DNA of 64,000 bases, taken from NCBI GenBank assembly GCA_030324005.1, contig JARDVH010000150.1, positions 25,414,147 through 25,478,146 of the forward strand, read 5' to 3'. The notes under the pieces were generated by a model. That model did not search any database, was not told the origin of the DNA, and saw only the letters and a list, made by a program, of their open reading frames with translations. Of this stretch, positions 25,680-38,850 are shown piece by piece. The stretch is from Negaprion brevirostris (Eukaryota). Within the stretch, counting starts at the first letter, position 1; each line of letters starts with the position of its first letter. The position numbers and the translations under genes were made by a program.

Positions 25680-27190
25680 CTCATGTGTTCTAAGCAGAAC
25701 CTCTTTCCTAGTCCTTTCTATGTTGTGGTACCGATATGGACACTACAACTGGATCTTCCCCATTCCCCTGCAAGTTCCTTTCCAGCCCAGAACAGATCTC
25801 CCAAACCTTGGCAACTGGCAGACATTACAGCCTTCTGTACTCATGCTGTCAACTGTCCCTAATCCCTGTTTATACTCCCCTCTCCTTCCACAACATTCAT
25901 CTTAACTTCCCCTGCTTGAATGCCTTTCTGTACTATGGTGCAATGATCAGTTCATTTATTCACTCTGCAGTTCCCATTTCAGTCCACTGAGGCTGTAGGA
26001 AGCTCGAATAAGTTGGACAATTGCAAAGGCTAAACCTCCTTCACTTCCACCTTCTCAATTTCCATTACTGCCTCATTTGTAATCACATTCTCCTGTATCT
26101 GACCATGGACCAAATCAGATAACACTATCCTAAAGGGTGTGATTACTTTCTGGAACTAACGACCCTATTTTATCATTTTGATTCTAAGTGCTGGGCAGAC
26201 TTGAAACTGGGAGTGTTTCAGATTTAGACGCATTCTGAGATGCCCCTATAAGCAATCTGCCTGAAAAAATATCGGTGAATCTGAAATGTGCTGCACAAGC
26301 AAAGGGCAAGTCTTAATGCACCCAAAACCCTGCAGCTCCGATCAGCGTCTCCAACTGCGCATGATAGAAAAAGAAATGATAGAATGCAAATCCCCTGCCA
26401 CATCCCTCCCGGGGCAGATGCCTCCCCCTAGCACCCACAGACATTGCCCCACCCCCACATTACTGACCCTCTTATCTCCCCACACCCCTGCCACCCAAAC
26501 CGACCAAGGGCTCCTCCCTCCTCCCACCAATCTCGGACAGGGTAGCAGCAGACCTCCCTTTCCCCCTCATTGATCTCAGGCAGAGTGGCAGCAGACCTCC
26601 TCTTCCCCTCCCCCACTGATCTCAAGCAGACATCGTTGGACTCTCAAGCAGAGAGCCGTCAGATGCTCGGCACTTACCTCCTCACTAACTGGAACACCTG
26701 AACCGGATTTTTGTGGAGCACGTCTGTTTCGTGCCAATTCTGAATGGATGAATGCGGTGGTAAAAGGGGAAGTGCTGGTATGGTTCAGTGTGCAGCCCAG
26801 TAAGTCAATTTAAATGCATACAAATGCATTTAAATGGCCATCGTGCCCGGTCCTGATCGTGGCCATTTTCAGGCCTTGGTAAAGGGGGAATCAGTGCGGG
26901 GGCTGGCATGGATCGCACTACTTGCCTCAAGCCCGACATTACCAAGTTTTCACACCTGAAAGGAGGCACATGTTGATGGTAAAATCAGGCCTAAAGTGTC
27001 CAGGTAAACTTCCTCCTCCATCCTGGATTGCTGTGCCTACAGTTTGGCCTCCAGCTCAGTGACTCTGAGCCAAAGTTCCTCCAGTCTCAGACACTCACCT
27101 CAGATGTATTTGCTTTGGATCACAAAGGATTTTACAAATACCCACATTCTGCAACTGCCATCTTTATCATGGCTAATCAATTAATTATTT
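25680..27190 (-). mobile_element. CR1-type LINE ORF1 remnant split by the MITE
   Basis: C..MW....C LRLEELWLRVTELEA-like N-terminal motif near 27040-27165; similar ORF1 remnant at 50440-50790. Confidence 0.55.
26160..26991. mobile_element. Non-autonomous Harbinger/PIF-like DNA transposon (MITE) with TAA TSD, inserted in a CR1 ORF1 remnant
   Basis: Ends gaccctattttatcat / atggtaaaatcaggcc; TAA on both flanks; removal restores ggaactaaagtgtccagg. Confidence 0.65.
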
Positions 27191-28384
27191 TACTAAATAA
27201 ATTTTCATTAATGTCTTTAGTCCTGCATGTGCTTATATTCTTATTATTCAAATTATGTTCTACTTACCCCAATTAAAATTCCCTAATTAAGATAAAATAG
27301 AAAATGCTCACTAGCCAATCTAATAAGTTTTACTAGTATTTGAAATCTTGGTAGTAATAAAACCTGATAATTACTAAATTACCCAAGTTTTGAATAATAA
27401 ATGAGAAAAATACTTACCAGATAATCAATTCCTGATTTGCTCTGATATCCTATTTAGATTTTTCTCCTAAAACCTGAGCTTGGTGCTACCTAACCACTAC
27501 TTTTTGATTCACCTCATCTACCCTCCTTTACTTATGCACTCCTGGTTGTGTCCTGCCATACGGCCCTGGCTCTTTAGGCCCTGTTATTTTTTTCATTCAA
27601 TTTATAATAGATTTCATATGTATTCCTAATAGAGACATGCAAACTACAGGGGACCAGTAAAATGCTAAAAGTGAGAGCACTACGTTGTATATAGAATCAG
27701 AGGCCTCTGAAGCCACATGGTACAAATGTATTCAGTCTTAACTAAATCTGTAAGTTTGACCTTTAAAGCAAATAAGTTGGAGAAATTTTTGACCTGTTCA
27801 ATCTTTCTTGAGTCTTTGTGACTCATCTGAAAAAAAAGTTGTGCATGAAACCCCTTTACAAAATAAGGTTCATTGTTAAATTCCATTTAATGCAAAACGA
27901 GTGCACTGAAATAAACAGAGTGGGAGGCAGATACAGTTAAGCCTTTTGGCACAGTAGTTATTATTTTTTCCCTGCAGTATTGATGTAAAAAGATCATAGA
28001 TTGCAGTCAAGAAAGAGATCAATGGGAGGAAGAGACATGGTTATAAAGGTGAGTTGTTGTGGGGTTTTTGAAGTCAGAGAGAGCAGGAATACAGCAAAGA
28101 GATTTTAAGAGATAACCCATGAAGCAAGAGCTGAAAGGTTAGCCTCAAAAAGTAGAGCAAAAGGAATGAGATTCGAGTCATAAACCTGAGTCAGAACATA
28201 GAACTCAGGTAGTGGGATATGACTCAGAGAGGAGGAAGTCAGGCTGCAGCAGATTTTGAAAATTAGTTTTAGGGCACAGAAAGCTGTCTCAGCTATTTTG
28301 AGTTAAAATGTGACATAGTTTGATGTGATTAAGTCTAGAAGATAAACATGTTCCATATATAAATGATTTGTAAACTATTTCTCC

Positions 28385-29015
28385 TTGTCCTTCTATTTAC
28401 AGCCTTTGATATAGTTGACCACATCATTTTTCTCCAAAGCCTGGATGGGAATGCATTCACTTTGTTCCATTTCTATCAATCTAATTGTAGCTAGAGAATC
28501 ACTTGTAAAGCACTTACTGCTCCAGCACTATTACCTTTGGTGTTCCCCAAAGATCTAGTCTTGGTTCCCTTTTATTTACACAGAAATATAGAAAATAGAA
28601 GCAGGAGTAGGTTATTAAACCCCTCAGACCTGCTCCACCATTCAATATGATCATGGTTGATTCAATATCTCAATGCCATTCGCCTGCACTCTCCCCAAAA
28701 TCCTTGACAGCTTTAGTGTCTAGAAATCTACCTGTTTCCTTCTTAACACGCTGCCTCTCAATGAAATATCTATAAGCATGAGTTTTTACAAGTATGCAGA
28801 TGATATCCACTCTACCACACCGCCACCTCCCTTGATTCCTGTTGCTAAAATGTAAACGTCCAGTACTGGATAAGCAGAAATGTCTTCCAACTGAAAATTT
28901 GGAAATCATTGTCTTTAGTCACTATTCTAAGCTCCATTCCTTAGCTACAATCCATCCCTCTCCCTGGTAACTGTCTGAACCTAAGACGGACAGCATACAA
29001 ATTGGTGTCATAAGT
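28385..29015 (+). mobile_element. L2-type LINE RT remnant with a nested CR1 3' tail (about 28580-28750, - strand)
   Basis: AFDIVDHII..FHFYQSN..TFGVPQRSSLGSL..YADD(tatgcagatgat) motifs. Confidence 0.65.
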
Positions 29016-29389
29016 GACAGCAATCTCCCACCTCCAATGTTGAAAGGAATGACATGTTCAATTCCATGGGGTTAGACAATTAGAAAGTCCCTGATGGCTA
29101 CCTGTTGCATGTGGACTGGTAACCCTGCCGCACCCCATCACCTCCATCCAACCTTTGCAAAAATGGTTTGGAGGCAGATGGAGCTGGGAAACTGTGGCTG
29201 CCAGTGACTATTTTTAGCTCATGTCTGCCTCCATTCTTAATCATAGTGGAGGATTCAAAATCCTGCCCATTAAGTCGCTCGCTGGGGGGGGGGGGGGGNN
29301 NNNNNNNNNNTTAGCATTTTCTGTTTTTACTTCTCTTGTTTCTCACTTTGCAATAGAAGTCACTGAGCAGCAGTCAGGAGTGGGAACCG

Positions 29390-31490
29390 CTCTATTATTT
29401 GATTTGATTTATTGTGACATGTATTTGTAAATAGTGAAATGTATTGTTTCTTGCATACAGACAAAGCATACCATACATAGAGAAGGAAAGGAGAGAATGC
29501 AGAATGTAGTGCTACAAGGTAATACGAGGTAGGTCCATTCAAAAGTCAGAGGGCAGAAAGGAAGGAGCTGTTCTTGAGTCGTTGGTATCTCCTTGAACTT
29601 TTGTACCTTTTTCCTGATGCAAAAATGTAGAAAAGAGAATGTCCGGAGTGCATGACGTCCTTAATTATGCTGGCTGCTTTTTCAAGGCAGCGGGAAGTGT
29701 AGACAATGTCAATGAGTGGGAGGCTGGTTTGAATGATAGACTGGGCTTCATCATTTGTAGTTTCTTGCGGTCTTGGACAGAGCAGGAGCCATATCAAGCT
29801 GTGATACAATCATAAAGAATGCTTTCTATGGCGCATCTGCAAAAGTTGGTGAGAGTTGTAGCGGACATGCCAAATTTCCTTAGTCTTCTGAGAAGTTAGA
29901 GGTGTTGACGTGCTTTAGTTAGGAAACCCCAGGTTATCCTAACCTGACCAGGACAGGTTTTTGGTGATCTGGACATTTAGAAACTTGAAGCTTTCTACCG
30001 TTTCTACTTTGTCCCCATTGATATAGACTGCGGCCTGTCCTCCACTATGCTTCCTGAAGTCGATGACTATCACCTTTGTTTTGTTGACATTGAGGGACAG
30101 ATTATTGTGATTGCACCATAGAACTATAGAACCCTACAGTGCAGAAAGAGGCCCTTCGGTCCATCGAGTCTGCATTGGCCACAATCCCACCCAGGCCCTA
30201 CCCCCATATCCCAACATATTTTACCCACTAATCCCTCTAACCTAAGCATCTCAGGACACTAAGGGGCAATTTTAGCATGGCCAATCANNNNNNNNNNNNN
30301 TCTTTGGACTGTGGGAGGAAACTGGAGCACACGGAAGATACCCACACAGATACGAGGAAAATGTGCAAACTCCACACAGACAGTGACTGTAGCTGGGAAT
30401 CCAACCCAGGTCCCTGGAGCTGTGAGCAGCAGTGCTAACCACTGTGCTACCATGCTGCCCACTACCAGTTCACCAGATTTGCTATCTCTTTCCCGCACTC
30501 CTTTTTGTCATTGTTTGAGATCTGACCCACTATGGTGATCTCAACAGCAAACTTGAAAATCAAGTTGGAGGGGAATTTAGCCACAGTCTTGTGTATAAGG
30601 AATATAGTAGGGGGCTGAGGACATAACCTTTTGGGGCACCAGTTTTGAGGATGATCATGGAGGAGGTGTTGTTATCTATCCTTACTGATTGTGGTCTGTG
30701 TTTAAGAAGTTCAGGATCCAGTTGCAGAGGGAAGGGCTGAGACCCAGGCCACTGAGTGTGGAGATGAGTTTCATAGAAATAATGATGTTGAAGCTGAGCT
30801 GTAGTTGATAAATAGGAGTCTGACATTAGTGTCTTTGTATCTTTGTGTTCCGGGGTTGAGTGCAGGGCTAGAGAGATGGCATCTGTTGTGGACCTGTTGA
30901 GGCAGAATGAAATGTAGTGGATCCAGGCAATCTGGGAGGCCAGAATTGATTTCTGCTATGACTAACCTTTCAAAGCATTTCATAATAGTAGATGTCAGAG
31001 TCACCGGATGAGTCATTTAGGCATGCTGTTTGGCTTTTCTTTGGTACCTGGATGCTGGTCATCTTCTTGAAGCAGATAGGGGTCTCAGATTGTTGTAAAG
31101 GTTGAACATGTCTACAAACACCCCCGCCAGCTGATCTGCGCAGGATCTGATTGCTTGTCCGGGTACCCAATCTGGGCCAGTCACTTTCCATGGTTTGACC
31201 TTTGAGAAGGCTGCCCTGACATCTGCAATGGTGACCTCAGATACAGGTTCATCCGAGGCTTCCAGGCTGGAGAGCATGCTCTCGCTGACCTCTTGCTCAA
31301 AACAGGCATAGAAAGTGCGTTGAGGGGTGCGTTGGTGCCAGTGATTTTACATGCCTTTATCTTATAGCCTGTTATGTCTTGCCATAGACCATGCGGGTCT
31401 GTGTGGCTAGCCTGGGACTCTAGCTTGGTCTGGTACTGTCTTTTGGCATCTTTGATGGAACTCCTTAGATCATATCTGGCTTTCTTTATT
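29390..31490 (-). mobile_element. Rex1/Babar-clade LINE, 5'-truncated and degenerate
   Basis: VTIADVRAAFSKVKPWKVTGPDWVPGQAIRSCADQLAGVFVDMFNL, LTSTIMKCFERLV and TGAPKGYVLSPLLYSLYT; tail aataaatcaaatcaaa on the minus strand. Confidence 0.85.
30117..30461 (-). mobile_element. V-SINE (HE1-like) nested in the Rex/Babar LINE
   Basis: Head, V-domain and tail all visible in reverse complement. Confidence 0.85.
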
Positions 31491-31859
31491 TAGGTATATT
31501 TTTCCTCTCCCCAGCTCAGAGACACAGATGCCATTTATGGTGTCCATACTGTCATCTTGCTGAGATCAACTCACAGGCCTAAACATTTCAATGCCTCAGC
31601 ACTTGTTCACTGAAATACTGGAGGAGTCACATGGCTGTAACATTGGGTTCCATTGCACAGCTGGNNNNNNNNNNNNNNNNNNNNNNNNNNNNNNNNNNNN
31701 NNNNNNNNNNNNNNNNNNNNNNNNNNNNNNNNNNNNNNNNNNNNNNNNNNNNNNNNNNNNNNNNTCAATGCCTCAGCACTTGTTCACTGAAATACTGGAG
31801 GAGTCACATGGCTGTAACATTGGGTTCCATTGCACAGCTGGTTTTGATTAATATGAACA

Positions 31860-32225
31860 TATTAAGAGCAGAAGAACCTGCTCCATCATCCAATAAGTTC
31901 ACGGCTGATCTGATTGTAACCTCAACTCCACATTCCCACCTACCTCTGATAGCCTTTCACCTCCTGGCTTATCAAGAATCTGTCTACTGTAATCAAAAAC
32001 TTTGCTTCTACCACTTTTTGACCAAGAGAGTTCCAAAGACTCAGAGAACAAAACTCTTCTCAGTACTGTCCTAAATGGGCAACACCATATTTTTGAACTA
32101 TGGCCCCTTGTACTAGACTTTATCACAAGAGGAAATATCCTCTCCACATCAACTGTCAAGACCCCTCAAGATCTTACAGGTTCAATCAAGTCGCCTCTTA
32201 CTCTCTAAACTCTAGTGGATACAAG
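31860..32225 (-). mobile_element. CR1-clade LINE 3' end
   Basis: VDVERIFPLV..STRGHS motif and CR1 3' UTR. Confidence 0.75.
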
Positions 32226-32232
32226 CGAATCA

Positions 32233-34110
32233 TGTTCTTTGCAGTTATAAGCAGGCTTCGAGCTGTCTGCTTAGAAGTCCTTTTATTGCTGCTTAAATGG
32301 TTTAAATGGGTTTTGTTTATTATTACTCTGGCCCATGTACTTTCTGGGATGTTTTTTAATGACCCAGAATTGTTAGAGGAAGAATAATTGACAGATTAGG
32401 TGACAAGTTCTTACTTTCAATTTTGGGCTGCTGTTTTTAGATTAGAAGGTGTTTTTACTTCAGGCTGGTTGCTAGCAGGTTTTTTTCTCTATCTTCTTGT
32501 ACTGTAAATTCTGCTGGCTAACTGGAAGCAGTTCTTCTTGCCTTCCTGGTGCGAATGTTCTGCTGTTGGTGATTTGCTGGCTAGTAACTAGAGTGTCTCT
32601 GTCTCTTGAAGTAATTTGCTGGCAAAAACTAGAAGCCAGAGTGGCATTATCTCTACCTCAAGATCTGCTGGAAGTTACAAGGATGGGAAGTCAGAATTTC
32701 AATTCTCCAACCAAAGGACTAAGTTCCAGCATCATGTCAGCATTCTTATTTTCTGCGCTAAATCTACAGCAAGTGTATGTTTTCAGGAAGTTTGTTTGGT
32801 TGGACCATTTCATATAGTTGTTAAGGGTTATACAATATCATGGTTGTTTTTTTTGCTTGTAATTGGTAAAAGTTATTGCTATATGTTAACTGTATTCTAA
32901 GTAAAACTTCCTTTGATAAAACCTCCCTCGTGGGTCATTTGAACCATACCTGAGTGAAACATCTCATGCTTACCCTAGCCAAATTTAAATTGCAAAACTT
33001 ATGATCCAGGCTAACTTCATATAACACTTTGGAGTTTCTAACATTAATTATAACAATTGGGGGCTCTTTGTGGGATTAAAATCTGTAATCTTTAATTGAT
33101 TGGGGTTTATTGGACTCAAAGATAGTGATATAGTCAGGTTTAAGTAGGGCATACCTCGTGGAATAATGGCTCCTTCAAAGGCTCAGTTGTTCCTGGCAGT
33201 GGAAGAAGTCATGTGGGATGGTTTACAAAAGATGACTAAAACAAAGCTTCTGCAATTGGCAAAAATGTTGCAGTTGACATTACCTAATGGCGTAAGGGGG
33301 ACTTCATAGCGGCAATAGCGCAGCATTTAAAATTGCCAGAAACACAGAGAGTAACTGGAAATGGCCAGAATTGAATTACAAATTAAACAACTTGAACATG
33401 AAAAAGAATTGAAACAGTTTCACTTGCAACAAAAAAAAATGAAACTGCTTGAATTACAGATCAGGGAAAAAGGGAAAGGATAGCCCTAACAGAACAAAAA
33501 GAAAACGAGAACTTACACTTCAGAAATTGACAATAAAGAGTGAACATCAGTTTAAATTGGCGAAGCTAGAGGGAAAAGCATAGGTTGAGAGAAGTGATGA
33601 GGACAGTGAGGAAGAACAACAGCGTTGTAGTCAAAGGACTGGTTGGGATCTATTTAAATATATCCAAGCATTGCCAAGGTTTGATGAAAATAATTCAGTA
33701 GCTTTTTTTATTTGAGAAAGTGGCTAAACAAATTAAATGGTCACCAATCATGTGGGCATTATTGTTTCAAACAAAGTTGGTAGGTAGAGCTGCTGAGGTG
33801 TTTGCATCACAACCAGAGGAGGTATCTGGGAATTATGATCAAGTGAAAAAATCCATCTTAAGTGCAAACGAAGTAGTGCCAGAAGCCGTCATATAATGGT
33901 TTAGAAATCTAAGGAAAGAACCCAGTCAAACGCACATAGAATTTGAAAGGATCAGAGTAATTTTGATAGATGAATAAGGGCTTTGAAAATAGACCAGATG
34001 TATGAAGCTCTTAGATAAATGATTATTTTTGAGGAGTTTGGTGGTGAGAACTCATGTGGAAGAGCAGAGGGTTAAAACTGCAAGATTAGCAGCAGAAATG
34101 GCAGATGACT
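32233..34110 (+). mobile_element. Gmr1-like Gypsy LTR retrotransposon: 5' LTR (to 33055), tRNA-Pro-type PBS and decayed gag with SCAN-like capsid
   Basis: LTR ends ...TAACA then TGGGGGCTC (33058). ATG at 33166; LPRFDE..FEKVAKQIKW..WALLFQTKLVGRAAEV..YDQVKKSIL..VPEA..FRN..MIIFEEF..AAEMADD. LTR start is approximate. Confidence 0.8.
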
Positions 34111-35389
34111 TGTGTGATATCTTTGGACATTTTCCAAAGCAGATCGTTGGTTGCATTATATTCCAAAAAGTCAGCTTGTGAAGGATAGAAATATTCCTTA
34201 CTCACTCTGACATTAATTTAGAATGAAGCACTGCAAGCATACACTTCCTGACTCAACCATAATACAATTTCAGTGTCTTTTTATATGTACTCAATTGAAA
34301 TCCAAATTAATAGCCTGCATCTTCATAAAACAACCTAAATACAATTAACACCTATGGTCTAATTTGTTGCACTGACTTTTGTCTATTCATTCCTATTCCC
34401 TTCACAGTGTATGACTGAAGGGCCTCTTGCTTCCTTTTAAAATGATGAAATCACCCCTTCCGTCACATCAGAGAACCTAGGATCCCTCTCATTGGTCTGC
34501 CATTCCATTGCTCCTCTTTCTTCTCTGTGAGAACCACATACAGGTAAGTGTAAATTCCAGTTGTGGCCAGAATGCACCTGACTTTTAGGAATTGTCAGCC
34601 AGCTTTAACTTGGGTTAGTCTTGTAGTTGAGTATGCAAACTTTCAGAAGGCTGCATGCCACAATCATGGAGATGGGTAGGCAACACAAAGGTTCCATACT
34701 GCCTACATTGCCTCAATTTGGGGGGGTGTGGGAGGAAGGTGGGCTGATGGCAGAGATTGGTAATTGTGCATCATTATCCTCACAGCTGAAAACAGGCTTT
34801 AGCTAATCCTTAGCCCAGAGTGTTGCAAACAAAAGGCCAGAAACACAGTACCACTTTAAGAAAAGATCACAACTGAGGTTAAAACAGAACTTGAGGGATA
34901 AAAAAAGAGATCTGCAAGCTTTCTGCATAAAAGGGCTTCCACCAACACCTGCTATTTTGAGTCAGATGCAATAGTAGAAGTTTCAGAAGTTGAGCTGCAT
35001 ATATGTTCTTGCATGTCTATGAAAAGCATCTAACATAAGCCACAAAAAAGCTTGGGCAATGGTGCAGAATTTGTTTGGATTTAAATACATTACTCATTCT
35101 TTGAAGTTCCAGCTTCGGAACACTCTTACATTGAAAAGTAAATAGACCAGATTTATTTTTAACTCCAGAAGACAAAAAGATCAGCACACATATTTCAGCA
35201 AATATCTTATATATTTCATCATCATCTGGCAACGACATTATCACTATCATTTCCCTCCCAGCTTTTATGTCCTTTCCAGAAGAAACCTACGTCGGGAAAG
35301 TTGGTGTCTGATTTGAATTTCTGATTTTAACATTTTTAAATAAAAATGGTTTTTTTGCCTTGCAAAATGTTAAATGCTTGAAAAGTTGT

Positions 35390-35690
35390 GTGTTCCGCAG
35401 TATCAATGCTGCATTCCTCAGTAGTGGTGTTGTGTTCCTTAATATCAGTGCTGTGTTCCTCAACATTTCTGCTGCATTTTTCAATATTAGTACTGCATTC
35501 CTGCACGCGGTGTTCCTCAACATCACTGCTGCATTCCTCAGCGCTGTGGTTCCCCAGTATGTGTGTGTTTCTCGATGCATTTCTCTTTGATGTTTCTCTT
35601 CAACAGTTTTGGTGCTATGTTCCTGAGCAATCAGTGCTGCATTCTTCTATATCAATCCTAGGTATCACTACTGTGTTTCTCAGTATTTAT
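35390..35690. repeat. Imperfect 21-bp minisatellite (consensus approx. GYRTTCCTCARYATCAGTGCT)
   Basis: Consecutive units gtgttccgcagtatcaatgct, gcattcctcagtagtggtgtt, gtgttccttaatatcagtgct, gtgttcctcaacatttctgct, gcatttttcaatattagtact; decays after about 35560. Confidence 0.8.
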
Positions 35691-38629
35691 ATAGCAAAAC
35701 CAGAAACTATTACAAATTTGCGTCTGCATCAAAAAGAGAAAAGGCAGATGAAAATTTTGTTATACTAAAGAATATTCTTAAAGTTAAACTCCTAAGATTT
35801 ACTTGTTCTCTTCCACATGTCAGTCCTATGAGTTTCTCCTGAGTGACCATGAGAACAGGAGTCGATCATTCATTCCTTCAAGCCTGTTCTGCCATTCAAA
35901 ATTGATGGCTAATCTGAACCACAACTTAATTTTTCTACCATTGTTCCATATTCCATAAACTTACCCAGCAAAAAAAACTATTCACTTCAGTGACCCAACA
36001 TTCAACTTTCAAAGGAGTTTATTCCAGACTTCCACTAAATTTTCAGTAATAAGGTATTTCTAGAACTCACCACTAAATGGTCTGGTTCTAATTTCTTGCT
36101 TTAATTTCTTGTTCTTAATTTCCCAGGTAGAAGAAATAAGTTTTTTAAATCTACCCTTTGGAATCTCCTGATCACTTTAAGCACCTCTCAACCTTTTAAT
36201 CAACTTTCTAAATCCAAGAGAATATAAGTTATCATTCTGATGAATCATTCTGATAAATCTGCACAATACAGCTTTCAAAGCCAATACACCATTACTGAGG
36301 GTTGGTACTCAAACCTAATAAAAGACTCCAATTGGGGTCTGACCAAAGCTTTTAAATGAAACATCACCTCTTCACTTCTGATTTCCAATCCCCTGGAACA
36401 ACATAACTTCCAATTATTTTTGTAGTGCAAACCTTTTGAATTTTTTAACATGCTTGCCCACATGATGTAAAATAACTTATATGCAGCCTGTGGGGAACTT
36501 TTGTGTTGTTGCGGAAACATTTCCCTGGAGAGATATGCTCCAGGCAAAACATTAACTTAATTTTTTCTCATTTCAACAGCAAAATGCCAGATTGAGGATC
36601 AGCAGAGCACTCAATTCCTTCAGTGGAACATTTTCTATTCCCTCGGCAAATATTCTTGTGGTCTTCTTAAGTGAAGCTGCCAATTAATGCTAAAGTGTGG
36701 ATAGTTTACTGTTGGGGAAACCCACCTATTAAGAACCAGGCTGCAGCAAATCAATTTTCAAACCAAACTCTCAAAGTTTAAATTTTATTTAAAAAGTATA
36801 TTTATTCCACCATTTCTGCACCATTAGGCTGTGTTAACTTTCAGATTGGCATGTACACAGAATCACACCACCAAGTGCTGAGGTGGAAACATTGAGTTTT
36901 AATACAATGGTACAAAAGGGCTGCTCCTGTGAGGGAACCCAGACTTCCAATTAGCAAAGTATAAGAATATACAATGGTGTGAGCTATTTTTTCTCTCTTA
37001 CAACTGTACATCTCATCCCATCTTGTGCCAACTACTGATACCCAAAAACACAACCAAAATGAATACAGGCAAACAGCCAATTCTTTGTATCAAAATGTAC
37101 TTACAAATGAATATATCTGGCCAAAGGACACAACATCATAAACATAAGAATCAAAGACGTCTTTGCAAAAGGGTTTCTAAAAAGGTGTATAGGAATTGCA
37201 ATGAATGGTGTGAATAATGAGCACATTTTACAGGGGTGAACTCCCCTGTATCCATTGGGGTTTACTCAGCACTCGAATACAAACATCAATCCAGAAGTAT
37301 AAAATCTGCTAGATGGTCTGAAGAATGTCTGTAACAAGCAGAGTATCTAAAACAAGCATCAAGAGAATGGCTAGTGGCACACTTAAAAGAGCTGGCTTGG
37401 TGACCAAAAGCTGATGCTGTAGGATTAAGAACTTGAGCTGGGGATGCAAGATTTGAGTAAGCAATAAAGACTGCAGTCCTGGATCAGATATCTCTATCTC
37501 CTTGTCAAGGGGCAACTCAGAGATTCATCCTGAAATCACTGACTGAGGAGGGACTGTGGGATACATGGTAGGAGTTTGCGTGGTTGACCCAATAGCTGAC
37601 ACTTATTTAAAAATTTATTTGTTCAAGAGATGTGGGAGTTAGTGGCTAAGCTAGCATTTATTGCCCATGAAATATAGTGTGAGCAGCTTTCTTGAAATCT
37701 GTGATATAGGTACACCCACAGGGCTGTTAAGAAGTGAGTTCTAGGAATTTAACCCATCGACAATAAAAGAACAGCAGTATACTTCCATGTCAGGATGCTC
37801 CGTGGTATGGGGGGGAATTTAGCATCTGGTGGTGTTCCCATACTGAAAGCTTCTGCCAAGATCATCTACTCACTCGATCCTCTCACTGTTCTGATGATCG
37901 GCAGTAACCGCATCCAAGGGGGCTGTGTAAGAGGCACACTAAGGAAAGATTCTTGAAAGCATCTTGTAAACTCCCATGAAAGATCTCATGCTAGAAACTT
38001 CTGGGGCAGAGCAAATAAAGAGGATGGCCACATGATGTAGGCTAGATTGCAAGGTGCCCAGGGACCAATCCATCTCAAAACAGTCAAATGCAGACAGGTG
38101 CAGATCATATTGTGACACAGCATGTAGCACATGTTGCCAATTGTAAGGAAGTTCTTCATAACTGTTATTTCCTCAGTAGAGGTCATGAGTAAGTTTGACA
38201 AATATGCCCTCCATGCCCAGAACACGGCACATCAATTCCATAGGGGTAGTTTCAGATCCAAGCATGGGAGATTGACTTTATACATGAACAGCTTTCAGGG
38301 TGTGAACAATACTTCATAAAAGTTTGTGCAAATGGAATCTGGTAAAAGCTACTGTTTGGATCTGTTGCAATGATGTGTTTCCACTGGGCAATCTTGTGGA
38401 AGGTTGAGTCAACATCCAGCATGAGTGAAAGTTATGGCTTACTGTAGTGCCCAACATCAGCGAAAGCCGTAAGAAGTCAAAAAAACTCCACGAGAAGTGA
38501 TGGAGTGGAAACCATAGAGAAGTTACAGTGCAAAAAGAGGCCATTCGGCTCATTGTGTCTGCATTGGCGGAAAAAAAAGAGAAAAAGAAATTAGCCACTC
38601 ATTGTAATCCCATTTTCCAGCACCTGGTC

Positions 38630-38850
38630 CATAACCCAGGTTCAATTCCAGCCTCAGATCACTGTCAATGTGGAGTTTACACATTCTCCCCATATTTGTG
38701 TGGGTTTTACCCACAGTCCAAAGATGTGCAGGTTAGGTTGATCGGCCATACTAAATCGACCCTAGTGTCAGGAGATTAGCAGGGTCAAAATGTGCGGTTA
38801 ATAGGGCCTTGGTGGGATTGTGGTCGGTGCAGACTTGATGGGCCAAATCA
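38630..38850 (+). mobile_element. V-SINE (HE1-like), 5'-truncated
   Basis: GGTTCAATTCC B-box and V-domain TGTGGAGTTTACACATTCTCCCC..CCCACAGTCCAAAGATGTGCAGGTTAGG. Confidence 0.8.

Noticed and set aside
31588-31841. Exact 77-bp direct repeat on both sides of a 100-N gap
   Set aside because: Typical unmerged contig overlap; assembly artefact rather than biology.
35390-35690. Regularly spaced repeats as a CRISPR-like array
   Set aside because: Units are contiguous with no unique spacers, no cas genes, and the DNA is vertebrate.
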